IMG/VR virus record: IMGVR_UViG_3300045988_150364
Reading direction: 5' to 3' (one strand)
Source of the DNA: a virus
Length of the DNA: 41,689 nt
In this document: positions 14,906 to 25,407 of the stretch, in pieces
Layout: each line of letters starts with the position of its first letter
Position numbering within the stretch: position 1 is the first letter of the stretch
Program-made: the position numbers and the translations under genes
Notes under the pieces: generated by a model
Told to the model about the DNA's origin: nothing
Databases searched by the model: none
The model's input: the letters and a program-made list of their open reading frames with translations, nothing else

Positions 14906-16350
14906 TAGAAAAAGAATTAATCGAATTTATTGCACAGTTTGAATATGACCCGGCGGGATTTGTGAAAGCCATGTATCCATGGGGAGAAGGAGAACTGGAG
15001 AATAAATGGCCGCAAAAATGGCAGCTTGAGCTTATGGAAGAGCTTGCAGCCAGTATGAGGGATGACCCGTGCAGGCTTATCCGAAATGCAATATCATCAG
15101 GACACGGGATTGGTAAGAGCGCTGTAGTAGCGTGGCTCATTGAATGGGCTATGTATACCCGGGCAGATACAAGGGTAGTTGTCACAGCAAATACGGACAC
15201 GCAGCTGCGGACTAAAACATGGCCAGAGCTTGGCAAGTGGCACAGGCTTAATATAGCGAGTGAGATGTTTGTATATACTGCAACGTCTATGTATAGCGTA
15301 GTAGAAGGTCACGATAAAAACTGGCGCGCAGACGCTATCCCGTGGAGCAAGAGTAATCCCGCAGCATTTGCAGGCTTGCATAATCAGGGTAATCGAATAC
15401 TGCTTATTTTTGATGAGGCGTCTGAAATAGAAGACGTTATCTGGGAAGTTGCTGAGGGCGCGATGACAGATTCGGACACTGAGCTTTTGTGGCTGGTTTT
15501 TGGCAATCCTACTAAGAACATAGGACGCTTCGCGGATTGTTTAGGCAAAGAGCGTCACCGTTGGCATACGCGGAAAATAGACAGCAGGACAGTAGAGATA
15601 ACGAATAAGCAACTGCTCAATGAGTGGATTGAGACATACGGCCTTGAGAGCGACTTCGTTAAAGTTCGTATCTTGGGTGAGCCGCCGAGTTCGAGCGAGC
15701 TGCAGTTTATTGGACGCAATGTAATAGAAGCTGCGCAGTCAAGAAGCATTACGGGCAAAGACGTAGAGTTTGCACCTGCTATTATCGGCGTTGACCCAGC
15801 TTGGGGCGGTAAGGATGCAGCAGTTATCTATCTGCGTAAGGGGAACCTCAGCAAGCTGCTTTACGAAGAGCCGAAGAGTGACGATAATTTTGCTTTTGCT
15901 GAAAAGGTAGCTCTGTTTGAAGATAAGTATAAAGCTCAGCAGGTCAACATAGATTTTGGTTACGGTCAGGGCATTTATTCTGCTGGTAAATACATGGGGC
16001 GTAATTGGCACTTAGTAAATTCTTCTGCCACTGCTAGTAAAACTCAATATGCTAATAAACGCATGGAAATGTGGGACAGAATGAAGCAATGGCTTATTAA
16101 CGGTGGCTGTTTGGATGAACTGGACAGAGAGATTGCTGCAGAGCTTATGATGCCTGAAGCATATGTCAATGACCGTGGGCAATTACAACTCCAGCGTAAA
16201 AGAGATATGCCATTTAGCCCTAACAGAGCGGATGCCTTGGCGCTGACGTTTGGACGTGAAATGAAAGTTAGCACGCCGGCGCTTGACCTGCTGAAAAGGA
16301 GCAGGCAGCAAGGCAGTGCAAGAAATTATAATCCGCTGGCAAAGCTTTAA
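14902..16350 (+). CDS. terL: Terminase large subunit
   Basis: 482 aa; Walker A SSGHGIGKSAV, Walker B LLIFDEASE; C-terminal nuclease-domain length typical of TerL. Confidence 0.88.
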   Translation: MIEKELIEFIAQFEYDPAGFVKAMYPWGEGELENKWPQKWQLELMEELAASMRDDPCRLIRNAISSGHGIGKSAVVAWLIEWAMYTRADTRVVVTANTDTQLRTKTWPELGKWHRLNIASEMFVYTATSMYSVVEGHDKNWRADAIPWSKSNPAAFAGLHNQGNRILLIFDEASEIEDVIWEVAEGAMTDSDTELLWLVFGNPTKNIGRFADCLGKERHRWHTRKIDSRTVEITNKQLLNEWIETYGLESDFVKVRILGEPPSSSELQFIGRNVIEAAQSRSITGKDVEFAPAIIGVDPAWGGKDAAVIYLRKGNLSKLLYEEPKSDDNFAFAEKVALFEDKYKAQQVNIDFGYGQGIYSAGKYMGRNWHLVNSSATASKTQYANKRMEMWDRMKQWLINGGCLDELDREIAAELMMPEAYVNDRGQLQLQRKRDMPFSPNRADALALTFGREMKVSTPALDLLKRSRQQGSARNYNPLAKL

Positions 16351-16365
16351 AAGGAGGTGAGGGCA

Positions 16366-16557
16366 ATGAGTGGATTAACAAATAAGTTGTTTGGCACACC
16401 TGCAACTGAGGTTCCTAAGGTAGCGGCAGCGGCTACAGATGTAAGCGGCAGGACGGACGGGACAAGCGCACTTGACCAGCAGCGCAAAAACAAGAAGAAA
16501 TTTAACTTCGCAGCAACACAGGGCAGCGTGACCAGCGGCGAAACATTCGGGGTGTAA
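16366..16557 (+). CDS. Small hypothetical protein
   Basis: Start set at the ATG with an AAGGAGGTGA RBS; 63 aa, Ala/Thr-rich. Confidence 0.45.
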   Translation: MSGLTNKLFGTPATEVPKVAAAATDVSGRTDGTSALDQQRKNKKKFNFAATQGSVTSGETFGV

Positions 16558-16560
16558 GCG

Positions 16561-18234
16561 ATGAAAACAGATGTAATGAAACTTGAAGAAGCAAAACGCA
16601 TACACGACGAACTGTTCAACGCTAAGGATTACCAGAACTGTCTTGTAATGTGGCGCCGTATCCAGCAGTATCAAATACCTTTTTTAGGTGAGCTGGACGG
16701 ACGGGACAAGATGATAAAGCGTGATGCAGGGATTATCGACGGGACAGCGTGGAGAGCAGCGCAGATATTTGCCGGAGGTATGACGAACGGATCTGTTCCC
16801 CAAACTGTGGAATGGTTTGATCTGCAGTCACGCTTCGCAGAGGATGACCAGACCCTGAAAGCTATTTTGCAGGACCAAAGGGATACGATTAATAAAGCGC
16901 TTAACGCCAGCAATTTCTATTCATCGATTTACAGCGCTAATCTTGAGCTTTCCTTTGGGCAGTCTCCGCGCGGGAGTTTCTTTATTCCGGAGCGAGGTAT
17001 GGTGTTTGAAAATTATTCTATTGGCTCATACGCTTACGCACTAGATCCTTGGCAGGAAGTAACGCATTTTGCAGTCAAAAAGGAAATGAGCTTATCTAAG
17101 ATAGTAAGTAAGTTTGGGCTTGAAGCGCTGCCTGAAAAGCAACAGCAGGAGTACAAGGACGGCAAAAACAGCGGCCGCCTTATGAAAGTCTACTGGCTTA
17201 TGACTAAGAATCCTGCTTATGACAATAAGGCGTTAGGACCAAAGGGAAAACGCTATGTGTCGCTTTATTGGCTGGACTGCAGCGATAAGGAATTTATCCA
17301 TGTAGGAGGCTTTGAAACCTGTCCGATTACAATAATGCGTTATCTTGCTATTCCTAATAGCGATTATGGCATTGGTCCCGGCTGGTTTGCAGACAGCGAC
17401 AACAGGGTGATGTTTGACTTACTTAAAGCTGCAGCAGGAAATATGGAGCTGTTTTATAATCCGGCACTGCAGGTTCCTACAGGTACTGACACAGATTACA
17501 GGCCTGGTGCTATAACAGATGTAGATATGCAGCTTGGTAAAGTCCAGTCGCTGTTTGACATAGCGCCGGTGTTCGACAAAGTGTATGAGCAGGCGGCAAT
17601 AAGGGAAGATAAAATCAACGCAGCCTATAATACGAATCTGTTTGCGATGCTTGAACAGCAGAAGTTTGATAATACAGGTCGTACAGCTTACGAATGGAGT
17701 TTGAGGCAGCAGGAGAAGATGCAGCAGCTCACACCGGTAGTTACACGTATTAACACAGAGGTACTGAGCCGTGATATAAAACGGGTCTATGGTATTTATA
17801 CGCAAAACGGTGTTTTTGAAATGCCGCCTGAATACGACGGTATGGAGCTGGAAATCGAATATGTATCACCGCTGGCAAAACTGCAGAGGATGAGCGGAGT
17901 ACAAGATTATGAGTCAGCGCTGGCAGCAATAGGCCAGACGGCGCAACTTAAGCCTGGCGTAGTGAATATGCTTAATGAAAGTGTGTTCCTGCGTAAGTGG
18001 ATAGATGATTTGGGCGTGAAGAGTGAGATACTCTACACGGACGAGGAATACGCTGAAATTCAGCAGCAGCAGGCTAAGGCAGCCCAACAGCAGGAACAGA
18101 TGCAGGAAGATATGGCGGTAGCGCAGGCGTTACCTAATGTCACACAGGCAGCGGCCAATCTTCAGGAGATGGCAGACAACGGCAGCGTAGCACCGTTGGA
18201 TAATTTACTCAGCAGTTTGCGGGGTGGCGTATGA
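16561..18234 (+). CDS. Portal protein (candidate)
   Basis: 557 aa ORF directly after terL, in the position and size range of T7-like portals; no motif verified. Confidence 0.6.
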   Translation: MKTDVMKLEEAKRIHDELFNAKDYQNCLVMWRRIQQYQIPFLGELDGRDKMIKRDAGIIDGTAWRAAQIFAGGMTNGSVPQTVEWFDLQSRFAEDDQTLKAILQDQRDTINKALNASNFYSSIYSANLELSFGQSPRGSFFIPERGMVFENYSIGSYAYALDPWQEVTHFAVKKEMSLSKIVSKFGLEALPEKQQQEYKDGKNSGRLMKVYWLMTKNPAYDNKALGPKGKRYVSLYWLDCSDKEFIHVGGFETCPITIMRYLAIPNSDYGIGPGWFADSDNRVMFDLLKAAAGNMELFYNPALQVPTGTDTDYRPGAITDVDMQLGKVQSLFDIAPVFDKVYEQAAIREDKINAAYNTNLFAMLEQQKFDNTGRTAYEWSLRQQEKMQQLTPVVTRINTEVLSRDIKRVYGIYTQNGVFEMPPEYDGMELEIEYVSPLAKLQRMSGVQDYESALAAIGQTAQLKPGVVNMLNESVFLRKWIDDLGVKSEILYTDEEYAEIQQQQAKAAQQQEQMQEDMAVAQALPNVTQAAANLQEMADNGSVAPLDNLLSSLRGGV

Positions 18235-18605
18235 TACCGACAAGAAATGTAGCAAAGATGAAAGAGCTGGATAAAAAGGAAGCCTGTAATGACTTTTTAA
18301 AAGCTGCGGCCAGAGTAAAAGACAAAGAAGCTTATGAGTTTCTGCTCAGTGATGAACGGGGCAGATGGTTTTTAACTAAGCTTATGGTATCAAATTATTA
18401 TTATGCCTCTACCTTTACCGGTAACGCTGATACCTACCGAAAAGAAGGCGCAAGGAAAGCGGTGCTTGTGGTAACGGATGAGATACGCAAAATGGGAGAA
18501 GATGGAGTACTGCAGCTTCTTAGAGCTGAGGGAGAACGCTTCGCCTGGATACGCGAACAAGAAGCAAATTTTGAAAGGAGTTACAAAGATGGAAGAAGTA
18601 AATGA
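18231..18605 (+). CDS. Hypothetical head-module protein
   Basis: 124 aa between portal and scaffold. Confidence 0.45.
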   Translation: MIPTRNVAKMKELDKKEACNDFLKAAARVKDKEAYEFLLSDERGRWFLTKLMVSNYYYASTFTGNADTYRKEGARKAVLVVTDEIRKMGEDGVLQLLRAEGERFAWIREQEANFERSYKDGRSK

Positions 18606-19239
18606 CCTCAACAATAACATGAATGAGGAACAGCCGGCAGAACCTGTACAGGAACAGCAGAAGGAAACAGAGCCAGCACCGGAGATTGAAAAAGAGCCGG
18701 AGCAAGAACCTGCGTCTGAACAGGGGAAGCAACCTGAAAAAGCGGACGATAAGCCTGACCAAACAGTTGATGAGACTTTTGTAAAGTCTGAAATTATTGA
18801 GCGGTTAGGTGATTTGGCGACGCCGGAGATTGTGGCAGAGTGTACAAAAGAATTGAATGCTATCGGGATCACCGATCCGGAGATGGCAAAAAAAGCTCTC
18901 GATTATGTATGTAATGCGAGGGCTAATTTTATGACTGCCAATACCGAAGAAGCATTAAAACATTTCGGAGCCACGTTTGATAACGTAACGCCGGAATACC
19001 AAAAAGCAATCAGTGAGGCCAATGTGACTATGAATGCATTGGAGAGTAAAATCCCCGGCTTAAAGCAGGTCATCGATATGGCAGGCATTCAAGGCAATAT
19101 TAAAATTATTCAGCTCATGCAGGCGCTGCATCCTCTTGTAGGAGAGGACGGTAACCTTATGAGCGGTGGCACTGGAGCTAGTAAAGCGGCTTCCAGTCTG
19201 GCCGACATTATGTTCGGCGACTTAAATAAAAAGGAGTGA
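18589..19239 (+). CDS. Scaffolding protein (candidate)
   Basis: Start set at the Met of MEEVNDL with an AAAGGAG RBS; highly acidic Glu/Pro/Gln-rich N-terminus, helical C-terminus; lies between portal and major capsid. Confidence 0.55.
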   Translation: MEEVNDLNNNMNEEQPAEPVQEQQKETEPAPEIEKEPEQEPASEQGKQPEKADDKPDQTVDETFVKSEIIERLGDLATPEIVAECTKELNAIGITDPEMAKKALDYVCNARANFMTANTEEALKHFGATFDNVTPEYQKAISEANVTMNALESKIPGLKQVIDMAGIQGNIKIIQLMQALHPLVGEDGNLMSGGTGASKAASSLADIMFGDLNKKE

Positions 19240-19244
19240 CTTAA

Positions 19245-20279
19245 ATGGCAGAAGTAGTAGAAAAACTCAATCCAACAATTCATGACGTGATGGCGGTGCT
19301 GTCCCCTGATGGGCAGCTGAAAGAAAACGCTATCGTAAATCTTTTGGCTGAGACCAATGAGATTTTGGAAGATTCTGTAGTAGTAGAAGCTAACAACGGC
19401 GATAGCAACAAAGAAGTAATCAGTACCTCTCTACCCGGTGAAGCACTGCGCTATTACAATGACGTAATTAAACCGGAGCCTGGCAGCTTTGCTGCGATGA
19501 CTGATTTCAGTGCGATGTTCTACCGTCCTGTAGTTATCGATAAGGCACTGTACGAGTTGAATGGAATGCGTAACCGGTTCCTGCTGGCACAATCCCGGCC
19601 GCAAATCGAAGCAATCAATCAGGCTATGGCCCGCAGTATGATTTATGGCGGTACTGCTGACGGTAAAGACCGTATGCTGGGACTGGCAGAACGTTATAGC
19701 ACACTGACCCGTAAGACTGACGGAATCCTGCCGGAAACTTCGGAATATGTATTAGATGCAGGTGGTACAAGTGCTAATCTTACTTCTATCTGGTTCGTGG
19801 TATGGAGCTATGATAACGGCGTATATACTTTCTATCCCAAAGGATCTAAGGCAGGTCTGCAGCAGGGCGCCGTTGTTGAGGACGATACTATGGCAGTAGG
19901 TGCTGGTTATATGCCGGGCATCAAGACTTCTTTCAGCTGGGCTTCCGGCTTAGTTGTAAAAGATCTGCGTCAGGTAGTACGTATCTGTAATATTGATATC
20001 AACACAATTGAAAGCGGCAAACTTATCAACTTGATGATCGAAGCTTCTGAGCGTCTACATAATACCAGCACTGGCCGTCCAGCGATTTATATGAATCGCA
20101 AAGTGAGAACCAAGCTGCGTCAGGATATTGTGTCTAATCGTCAGCTCGGAGCGATGTTTGATTATTCCACTGCCAAGCCGCGTTTGGAAGGTATCGAAGG
20201 TCGCAAGCTAATGACCTTTGATGAAATGCCTATCCGTCGTGTAGATCAGATCCACATGAACGAAGCGCGTGTTATTTAA
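19245..20279 (+). CDS. Major capsid protein (candidate, T7 gp10-like size)
   Basis: 344 aa with AAAGGAGTGA RBS; follows the scaffold gene and is followed by a strong terminator, as expected for a highly expressed capsid gene. Confidence 0.6.
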   Translation: MAEVVEKLNPTIHDVMAVLSPDGQLKENAIVNLLAETNEILEDSVVVEANNGDSNKEVISTSLPGEALRYYNDVIKPEPGSFAAMTDFSAMFYRPVVIDKALYELNGMRNRFLLAQSRPQIEAINQAMARSMIYGGTADGKDRMLGLAERYSTLTRKTDGILPETSEYVLDAGGTSANLTSIWFVVWSYDNGVYTFYPKGSKAGLQQGAVVEDDTMAVGAGYMPGIKTSFSWASGLVVKDLRQVVRICNIDINTIESGKLINLMIEASERLHNTSTGRPAIYMNRKVRTKLRQDIVSNRQLGAMFDYSTAKPRLEGIEGRKLMTFDEMPIRRVDQIHMNEARVI

Positions 20280-20283
20280 TATA

Positions 20284-20310
20284 GGCCGCATTATGCGGCC
20301 TTAACTTTGA
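20284..20310 (+). terminator. Rho-independent terminator (GGCCGCA-TTA-TGCGGCC followed by TTAACTTTG)
   Basis: Perfect 7-bp GC-rich hairpin directly after the capsid gene. Confidence 0.55.
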
Positions 20311-20337
20311 AATTTATTATACGAGGAGTGATAGATT

Positions 20338-20712
20338 ATGAAATATGATGTACAGGCAGCAAATGCAATCGCAGCTGATTATGCGGCAGGCGATTTGCCA
20401 AAGATTATTGATACTGGAGCCTCTTTCTCCAATACTATTTATCCTAATGCCCAATATGGAGTATCTCTTGATGGGTTGGCTACAGCTGACATAACTGTGA
20501 CCGTCAGCGCAGGGAATACCGCAGAGGGCACAGATAAAAAAGAACTTTTTAAAGTTACGGTCAAAAAAGGAAGCCGGCTCGGTTACGCTCCTATTCCGAC
20601 TATTCCGGGGCGTTACATCTTTGCATCTGCAGCAGGCGAGTACAGCGGCAAGATTACAGCAGGCATCGTCTACGGCGTTGCTTCTCCTTTGGGGGTTGGT
20701 TTAAATGTCTAA
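20338..20712 (+). CDS. Hypothetical structural protein (possible capsid decoration / Ig-like)
   Basis: 124 aa, Gly/Ala/Thr-rich beta-rich composition, AGGAGTGA RBS. Confidence 0.4.
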   Translation: MKYDVQAANAIAADYAAGDLPKIIDTGASFSNTIYPNAQYGVSLDGLATADITVTVSAGNTAEGTDKKELFKVTVKKGSRLGYAPIPTIPGRYIFASAAGEYSGKITAGIVYGVASPLGVGLNV

Positions 20713-20875
20713 ATATGTATGCACGAAATACTGTCAGGCAAGAATCAACGGGCAGATCAAGAATTTCAAGCCGGGTGATATGTGCGAATTTGCAGCTAAG
20801 GATATTTTTCCGGATAACTGTTTTAGGTTAATTGCTGGAAGTAAAGTAACTACTTCCAAAAAAGAAGATCAATAA
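20705..20875 (+). CDS. Small Cys-containing protein (56 aa)
   Basis: ATGTCTAA overlaps the previous stop; not in the track (under 60 aa); followed by a terminator hairpin. Confidence 0.3.
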   Translation: MSKYVCTKYCQARINGQIKNFKPGDMCEFAAKDIFPDNCFRLIAGSKVTTSKKEDQ

Positions 20876-20879
20876 GAGT

Positions 20880-20907
20880 GAGCGGGGTAAGTCCCGCTCT
20901 TTCTTCC
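20880..20907 (+). terminator. Terminator-like hairpin GAGCGGG-GTAAGT-CCCGCTC followed by TTTCTTCC (a second hairpin GCAGCA-GAAA-TGCTGC follows)
   Basis: Inverted repeats read in the sequence. Confidence 0.45.
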
Positions 20908-20950
20908 AAAGGCAGCAGAAATGCTGCTTCTGGAAGAGGGAGGTAATAAT

Positions 20951-21598
20951 ATGCAGTATTCGATAGTTGATATATGTAATTTAGCACTGGTACAGCTGAA
21001 AGTACGGCCTATAATCGGTTTGAAAGACGGAACAGAAGAAGCTAGGCAATGTGACAAGATGTTCCCGTTTGCGTTAAGTCAGCTGCTGGCAATGAGTAAC
21101 TGGAGCTTTGCGAAGATCAGAAGAACAATAAGCAGACTGGATGTGAAGACTCTTGATAAGAGCTACTTGCCAAAGGAGAAGCTGAACTATTTCAAATATC
21201 CAAGTGATGCGGTACGGGTCAGGAGCGTTGTGCTTGACGGCAGAGTATTTGAATGGGATAAACCTGAAAATGATAACGGTTATGAGATAATGAGCGTCAA
21301 AATAAAAGCGCCGCAGGAAGATTTATTCGTACAAGTATTTGCAACTAAAGCAAAACATTTGGAGATTGAATATACCAGGTACATAGACAATCCGCAGTTT
21401 TGGCCGCCGCTGTTCACGGAAGCGCTAGTCCGTTATCTAGCCTATATGCTTTCTACTGTAGTCAGTGGATCTTCTGGAAGTGCGGAAACGCAGTATCAGC
21501 TGTTTCAGCTTGCCTATACTAAAGCGTCAGCCGGCAATAATAATGAGCGCAAGCAGACGCTGCGGCCAGAGCCGAAGATTTTTAGGGGGTGCTGGTAG
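20951..21598 (+). CDS. Tail tubular protein A-like (T7 gp11-position) structural protein
   Basis: Start set at the Met of MQYSIVDI with a GGGAGGT RBS; 215 aa, the size and position of gp11 in a T7-like order. Inference only. Confidence 0.4.
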   Translation: MQYSIVDICNLALVQLKVRPIIGLKDGTEEARQCDKMFPFALSQLLAMSNWSFAKIRRTISRLDVKTLDKSYLPKEKLNYFKYPSDAVRVRSVVLDGRVFEWDKPENDNGYEIMSVKIKAPQEDLFVQVFATKAKHLEIEYTRYIDNPQFWPPLFTEALVRYLAYMLSTVVSGSSGSAETQYQLFQLAYTKASAGNNNERKQTLRPEPKIFRGCW

Positions 21599-24366
21599 TG
21601 TATAGGGATTTGCTAAATAATTTTACTGGTGGGATAGCGTCTCCTGATGTGCTGGCCCGACTTGATATGGATAAATATAGAACCTTCTTGAAAGATTGTA
21701 TAAATGGAACGGTAAAGCCTTATGGCAGCATTTATAAGCGGATGGGGACAACCAATAAAGGTACGACGGCAAAGAATCATAAAGCAAGAATAATAGCATT
21801 CAGCCAGCCTACAACAGACTATATGTTGGAATTTACGGATTACTATTTAACAGTAAGATACAAAGGTGAAAAAGTCAGAGAACTTGAAGCTCCTTTTTCA
21901 GAAGCAAACATAAAAAAGCTTAAGTTTATAAAGTCTGCAGATACGATGTTTCTGGTCTGCGGCGACTTACCTATTTATCAGCTGAAAAAGGACGGCGAAG
22001 AGTGGAGCTTTGAAGAATTGAATATCAAGATACCGCCATTTGGTGAATTGGTTGATAATACATCTTCGGTACAGAAATACACGGCTCCGGGCAATTATAT
22101 TTTTAAAGCGAAAGAAACAGGCTTGCATACAGTGACTGTTGCTGGCGGTGGCGGTGGTGGCAGCGGTGTAGCCAGGAAAGCAAGTGATAAGCAAAGTTCG
22201 GGCGGTAATGGTGGCCGTGGTGGTTTGCAAACTTTCGAGATTGAGTTAACCAAAGATGAATCTTTTGACATAATTGTTGGCGCAGGCGGCAAAGGCAGTC
22301 CTGTCCATTATGGAGCTGGCTATGGCAGCCCCGGCGGAGACGGCAGCGATTCAATTGCTTTTGGATACACGGCTAAAGGCGGCGGCGGAGCTACTGCGGC
22401 TTATTCGGCAGACCGTGGCGCAAAGAACGGCTCAGACGGTACAAGCTATGGCTATGGTGGCGAAGGTGGTGCCAAGGGAGTTTCTTATTCAGATGCAGCG
22501 TTAAATGGCAGCGACGGTTCGGACGGATGGGTAATAATCACATATAACTATGATGAGCAGACAGTACTTTATCCGAGCGGAACATCCGGGATCATAACGC
22601 TTACATCGAATCAGCCGTTTTTTGAAGAAAACATGGTTGGTGACAGTATAAAACTGTATCAGGAAATTGCGACTAAAACCGCTGTCAATTCTTCAGGTGG
22701 TGAAGGAACCGGATCAGCTTTGTTTGTTGGTGACAGTTGGAGCTTGCGGACTTCTGGTATATGGAGCGGTACTGTAACGCTGATGCGATCTAAAGATAAT
22801 GTCGAATATATTGATTATGCGACATATGTCTCTAATAACGATGACTATAACGCCAGTGATAGTGGTTCGGTTGACCGCGAAGATGCTTATTATTTCAAAG
22901 TGAAGTTTGCGATTACCAGTGGTACATGTACTGTAACGCTTACTAGCTTCAGCTATACTGCAGAAGGGATAATCAAACTTACAGAGATAACAAGTGATAC
23001 AGAGGCGATAGGTACGCTTATACGTTCACTTGGTTCTACGGACAGTATAGACGAGTTTGCATTGTCTGAATTTAGTTCAACGAAGAAATATCCTTCCTGC
23101 ATAGAATTTTTTCAGGATCGTATGGTGCTGGCCAATACCGACAGCAAGCCTAATGGTCTTTGGTTGAGTAAAAGCAGTGATTATACTAATTTTGATGAGC
23201 AGATAGAAGATGGGACTTTGACCGATGACAGCGCTATTAATACAAGCGTTATAGCCCGAAATGATTATGCAATAAAAAATCTGATTACGTTTCAAGATCT
23301 GTGCATTTTCACAGGTGAAGATGAGCGCATTATTTCAGGCTCAAGCGTGGTAACTCCGGCGCAGATCAGTATCAATACCCAAACAGGTTGGGGCAGCAGT
23401 GAAGCTCATATTCCGTTCGTAGCGGATAATAGAGTTCTGTATATACAGAGCAACGAAGCATATATCAGGGATTTTTCTTATAACTATGCTATGGATCGTT
23501 ATGATGGAACAGAGCTGACTTTGATGGTTCATCATTTGCTGAACGGTAAAAAGATAGCTGATTACACCTATACTAAATATCCGGATAGTTTGATTTATCT
23601 CATCCTTGATGATGGTTCTATGCTTTGCTTGACTTATATGCTGCAGGAAAAAGTTTTCGGTTGGACGAGGTTTAGCACGCAGGGAAATTATATTGCAGTA
23701 GAGACGATAAAAGAAGATGATACAGACGTTATCTATTTCGTGGTAGAGCGTGACGGTACTTACTATATAGAGCGTCAGGAATTGGACCAATATACTGAAG
23801 ATCCAGCCGATTATTGTATGCTGGACAATGCAGAGATATTTGAAAATAACGACGGCTCGAATATAGTTATTGAACGTTTTGCCGGTAAAACTGTATGGGT
23901 AATGACCAGCGGTGATATTTTCAACGTTAAAGAACAGGTCGTTGCCAATGATGGAAAGATAGAGATAGAGCCACCATTAAGCGGTGTGTACTCTAAAATA
24001 ATTGTTGGGCTTGGGTATGAGTTTTCTATGACTATTCCTGAGACACATACAACGATTCAAAAAACAGGCAGCATAGTAGATCAATCACGGTGTTTGAATT
24101 CTACTGTAGTCCGTTATTATCTGAGTTATTCCGGTTATGCATACAGTAGAAGTAAAGATAGAGCTGTTCCTTTGATTAGTACATTGGATGACGGAGGGAA
24201 AAGCCAGCTTGACGAAAATTTCGGTATTAAACTGTTAAGCGGAACTCAGACAGTGACACTTGACCAGAACAGCGCGAGAGCAGATGAGCTGACGATATTC
24301 AGTGAAGAACCGTATCCATTGAGAATAATGTTCGTAGCGCGGGATGTGGATGTGAACATCAGATGA
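21589..24366 (+). CDS. Large tail protein (T7 gp12 tubular B-like position) containing a Gly-rich insert
   Basis: 925 aa; a GGGGGGSG...GGxGG glycine-rich segment (residues about 185-310), then beta-rich domains. Minus-strand ORFs here (22095-22354) are GC-rich artefacts. Confidence 0.4.
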   Translation: MLVVYRDLLNNFTGGIASPDVLARLDMDKYRTFLKDCINGTVKPYGSIYKRMGTTNKGTTAKNHKARIIAFSQPTTDYMLEFTDYYLTVRYKGEKVRELEAPFSEANIKKLKFIKSADTMFLVCGDLPIYQLKKDGEEWSFEELNIKIPPFGELVDNTSSVQKYTAPGNYIFKAKETGLHTVTVAGGGGGGSGVARKASDKQSSGGNGGRGGLQTFEIELTKDESFDIIVGAGGKGSPVHYGAGYGSPGGDGSDSIAFGYTAKGGGGATAAYSADRGAKNGSDGTSYGYGGEGGAKGVSYSDAALNGSDGSDGWVIITYNYDEQTVLYPSGTSGIITLTSNQPFFEENMVGDSIKLYQEIATKTAVNSSGGEGTGSALFVGDSWSLRTSGIWSGTVTLMRSKDNVEYIDYATYVSNNDDYNASDSGSVDREDAYYFKVKFAITSGTCTVTLTSFSYTAEGIIKLTEITSDTEAIGTLIRSLGSTDSIDEFALSEFSSTKKYPSCIEFFQDRMVLANTDSKPNGLWLSKSSDYTNFDEQIEDGTLTDDSAINTSVIARNDYAIKNLITFQDLCIFTGEDERIISGSSVVTPAQISINTQTGWGSSEAHIPFVADNRVLYIQSNEAYIRDFSYNYAMDRYDGTELTLMVHHLLNGKKIADYTYTKYPDSLIYLILDDGSMLCLTYMLQEKVFGWTRFSTQGNYIAVETIKEDDTDVIYFVVERDGTYYIERQELDQYTEDPADYCMLDNAEIFENNDGSNIVIERFAGKTVWVMTSGDIFNVKEQVVANDGKIEIEPPLSGVYSKIIVGLGYEFSMTIPETHTTIQKTGSIVDQSRCLNSTVVRYYLSYSGYAYSRSKDRAVPLISTLDDGGKSQLDENFGIKLLSGTQTVTLDQNSARADELTIFSEEPYPLRIMFVARDVDVNIR

Positions 24367-24803
24367 TAAAGATAGAGCCTTATAGCGAAGATATGTATGA
24401 AGATGTGGTCAGGATATTTGCCAAAGCCCGTGTGAATGACAGGTTGATTTTTGGCAAAGATACTGAAGCGGCAGTACAACTACATATTGAAAAATCATGT
24501 GAGATGAATGTGGTATACATTGATAAAGAACCAGTCGCCATATTTGGGCTAACAGACAGATTGCCGATGGGCGCTTATAGATATCAAGCATATATAGTAG
24601 GTACTGACAAGCTGTTTGAATGCAAAAAAAGCTTTGTAAGCATTGGCAGAGAAAGGATAAAAGGCTGGCTTGAAAAATATGGTCGGCTTTATATTATGAC
24701 TTGGCATTTTTATGAACAAAGCTTTACTATGACAAAAGCGTTCGGGTTCAAGTTAAAAATGAATCTTGGCGATTTTGATATTTATGTGAAGGAGAGTGTG
24801 TGA
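24363..24803 (+). CDS. Internal virion protein (gp13-like size and position), function unknown
   Basis: 146 aa, overlapping start/stop with its neighbours. Confidence 0.35.
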   Translation: MIKIEPYSEDMYEDVVRIFAKARVNDRLIFGKDTEAAVQLHIEKSCEMNVVYIDKEPVAIFGLTDRLPMGAYRYQAYIVGTDKLFECKKSFVSIGRERIKGWLEKYGRLYIMTWHFYEQSFTMTKAFGFKLKMNLGDFDIYVKESV

Positions 24804-25396
24804 TGGGGGCATTAGCGGCGCCATTATTGGCAGTAGGATCAGGAGTGATGACTTATATGTCAGGTAGGCAGCAGGCAGCAGGTTATGATGCTCAGGCACA
24901 GGCACAAGAACAGAATGCGGCTATAGCAGAACGTAACAGGCAGACGGCAGCTGACCAGGCGGCTCGGCAGCAACAGGAAGCTCGGCAGAGGTACAACCTG
25001 ATACAGGGACAGAATACTGCAGCGCTTGCTGCAGGTGGTCTTGAATCCGGGAGCAGTTTAGGCGCAGCATTTGGCCGAGCAAATGCAAATGCTTTTGAAA
25101 GAGACTCTCGAACGATAAATGAAAACCTGGCAAACGTTGACCTTAACTACCGGCAGAATATATATAATGCGCAGGCGGCGGCAGCGAATTATAGGTCTGC
25201 GGCGAAGATGACAAGGAAAATGAGCTTGCTGGGAGGGATTATGACGACCGCACAGGGGCTTTACAGCTCTTCACTTGGAGGCAAAGCAAGTAAAGGCTCT
25301 GATAACTTTAGCCTTGATCCATATACTTTGACTAATGCAGGCCGTGGCAAGTCGATGACATTTGGATTTTATAACAATAAAAGGCAGGGCTTTTAG
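24800..25396 (+). CDS. Internal virion/ejection protein candidate (gp14-like), Gln/Ala-rich
   Basis: 198 aa; N-terminal hydrophobic segment then a QA-rich low-complexity region. Confidence 0.35.
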   Translation: MMGALAAPLLAVGSGVMTYMSGRQQAAGYDAQAQAQEQNAAIAERNRQTAADQAARQQQEARQRYNLIQGQNTAALAAGGLESGSSLGAAFGRANANAFERDSRTINENLANVDLNYRQNIYNAQAAAANYRSAAKMTRKMSLLGGIMTTAQGLYSSSLGGKASKGSDNFSLDPYTLTNAGRGKSMTFGFYNNKRQGF

Positions 25397-25407
25397 GAGG
25401 TGATAAT

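Noticed and set aside
18390-18872. Minus-strand ORFs inside the scaffold gene (18390-18872, 18520-18762), and 25722-26096 inside fibre 1
   Set aside because: They are antisense to Glu/Ala-rich coding sequence with no translation signals.
22095-22504. ORFs on both strands within the Gly-rich segment of the 925-aa tail protein
   Set aside because: GGN-rich sequence keeps antisense frames open; these are artefacts.
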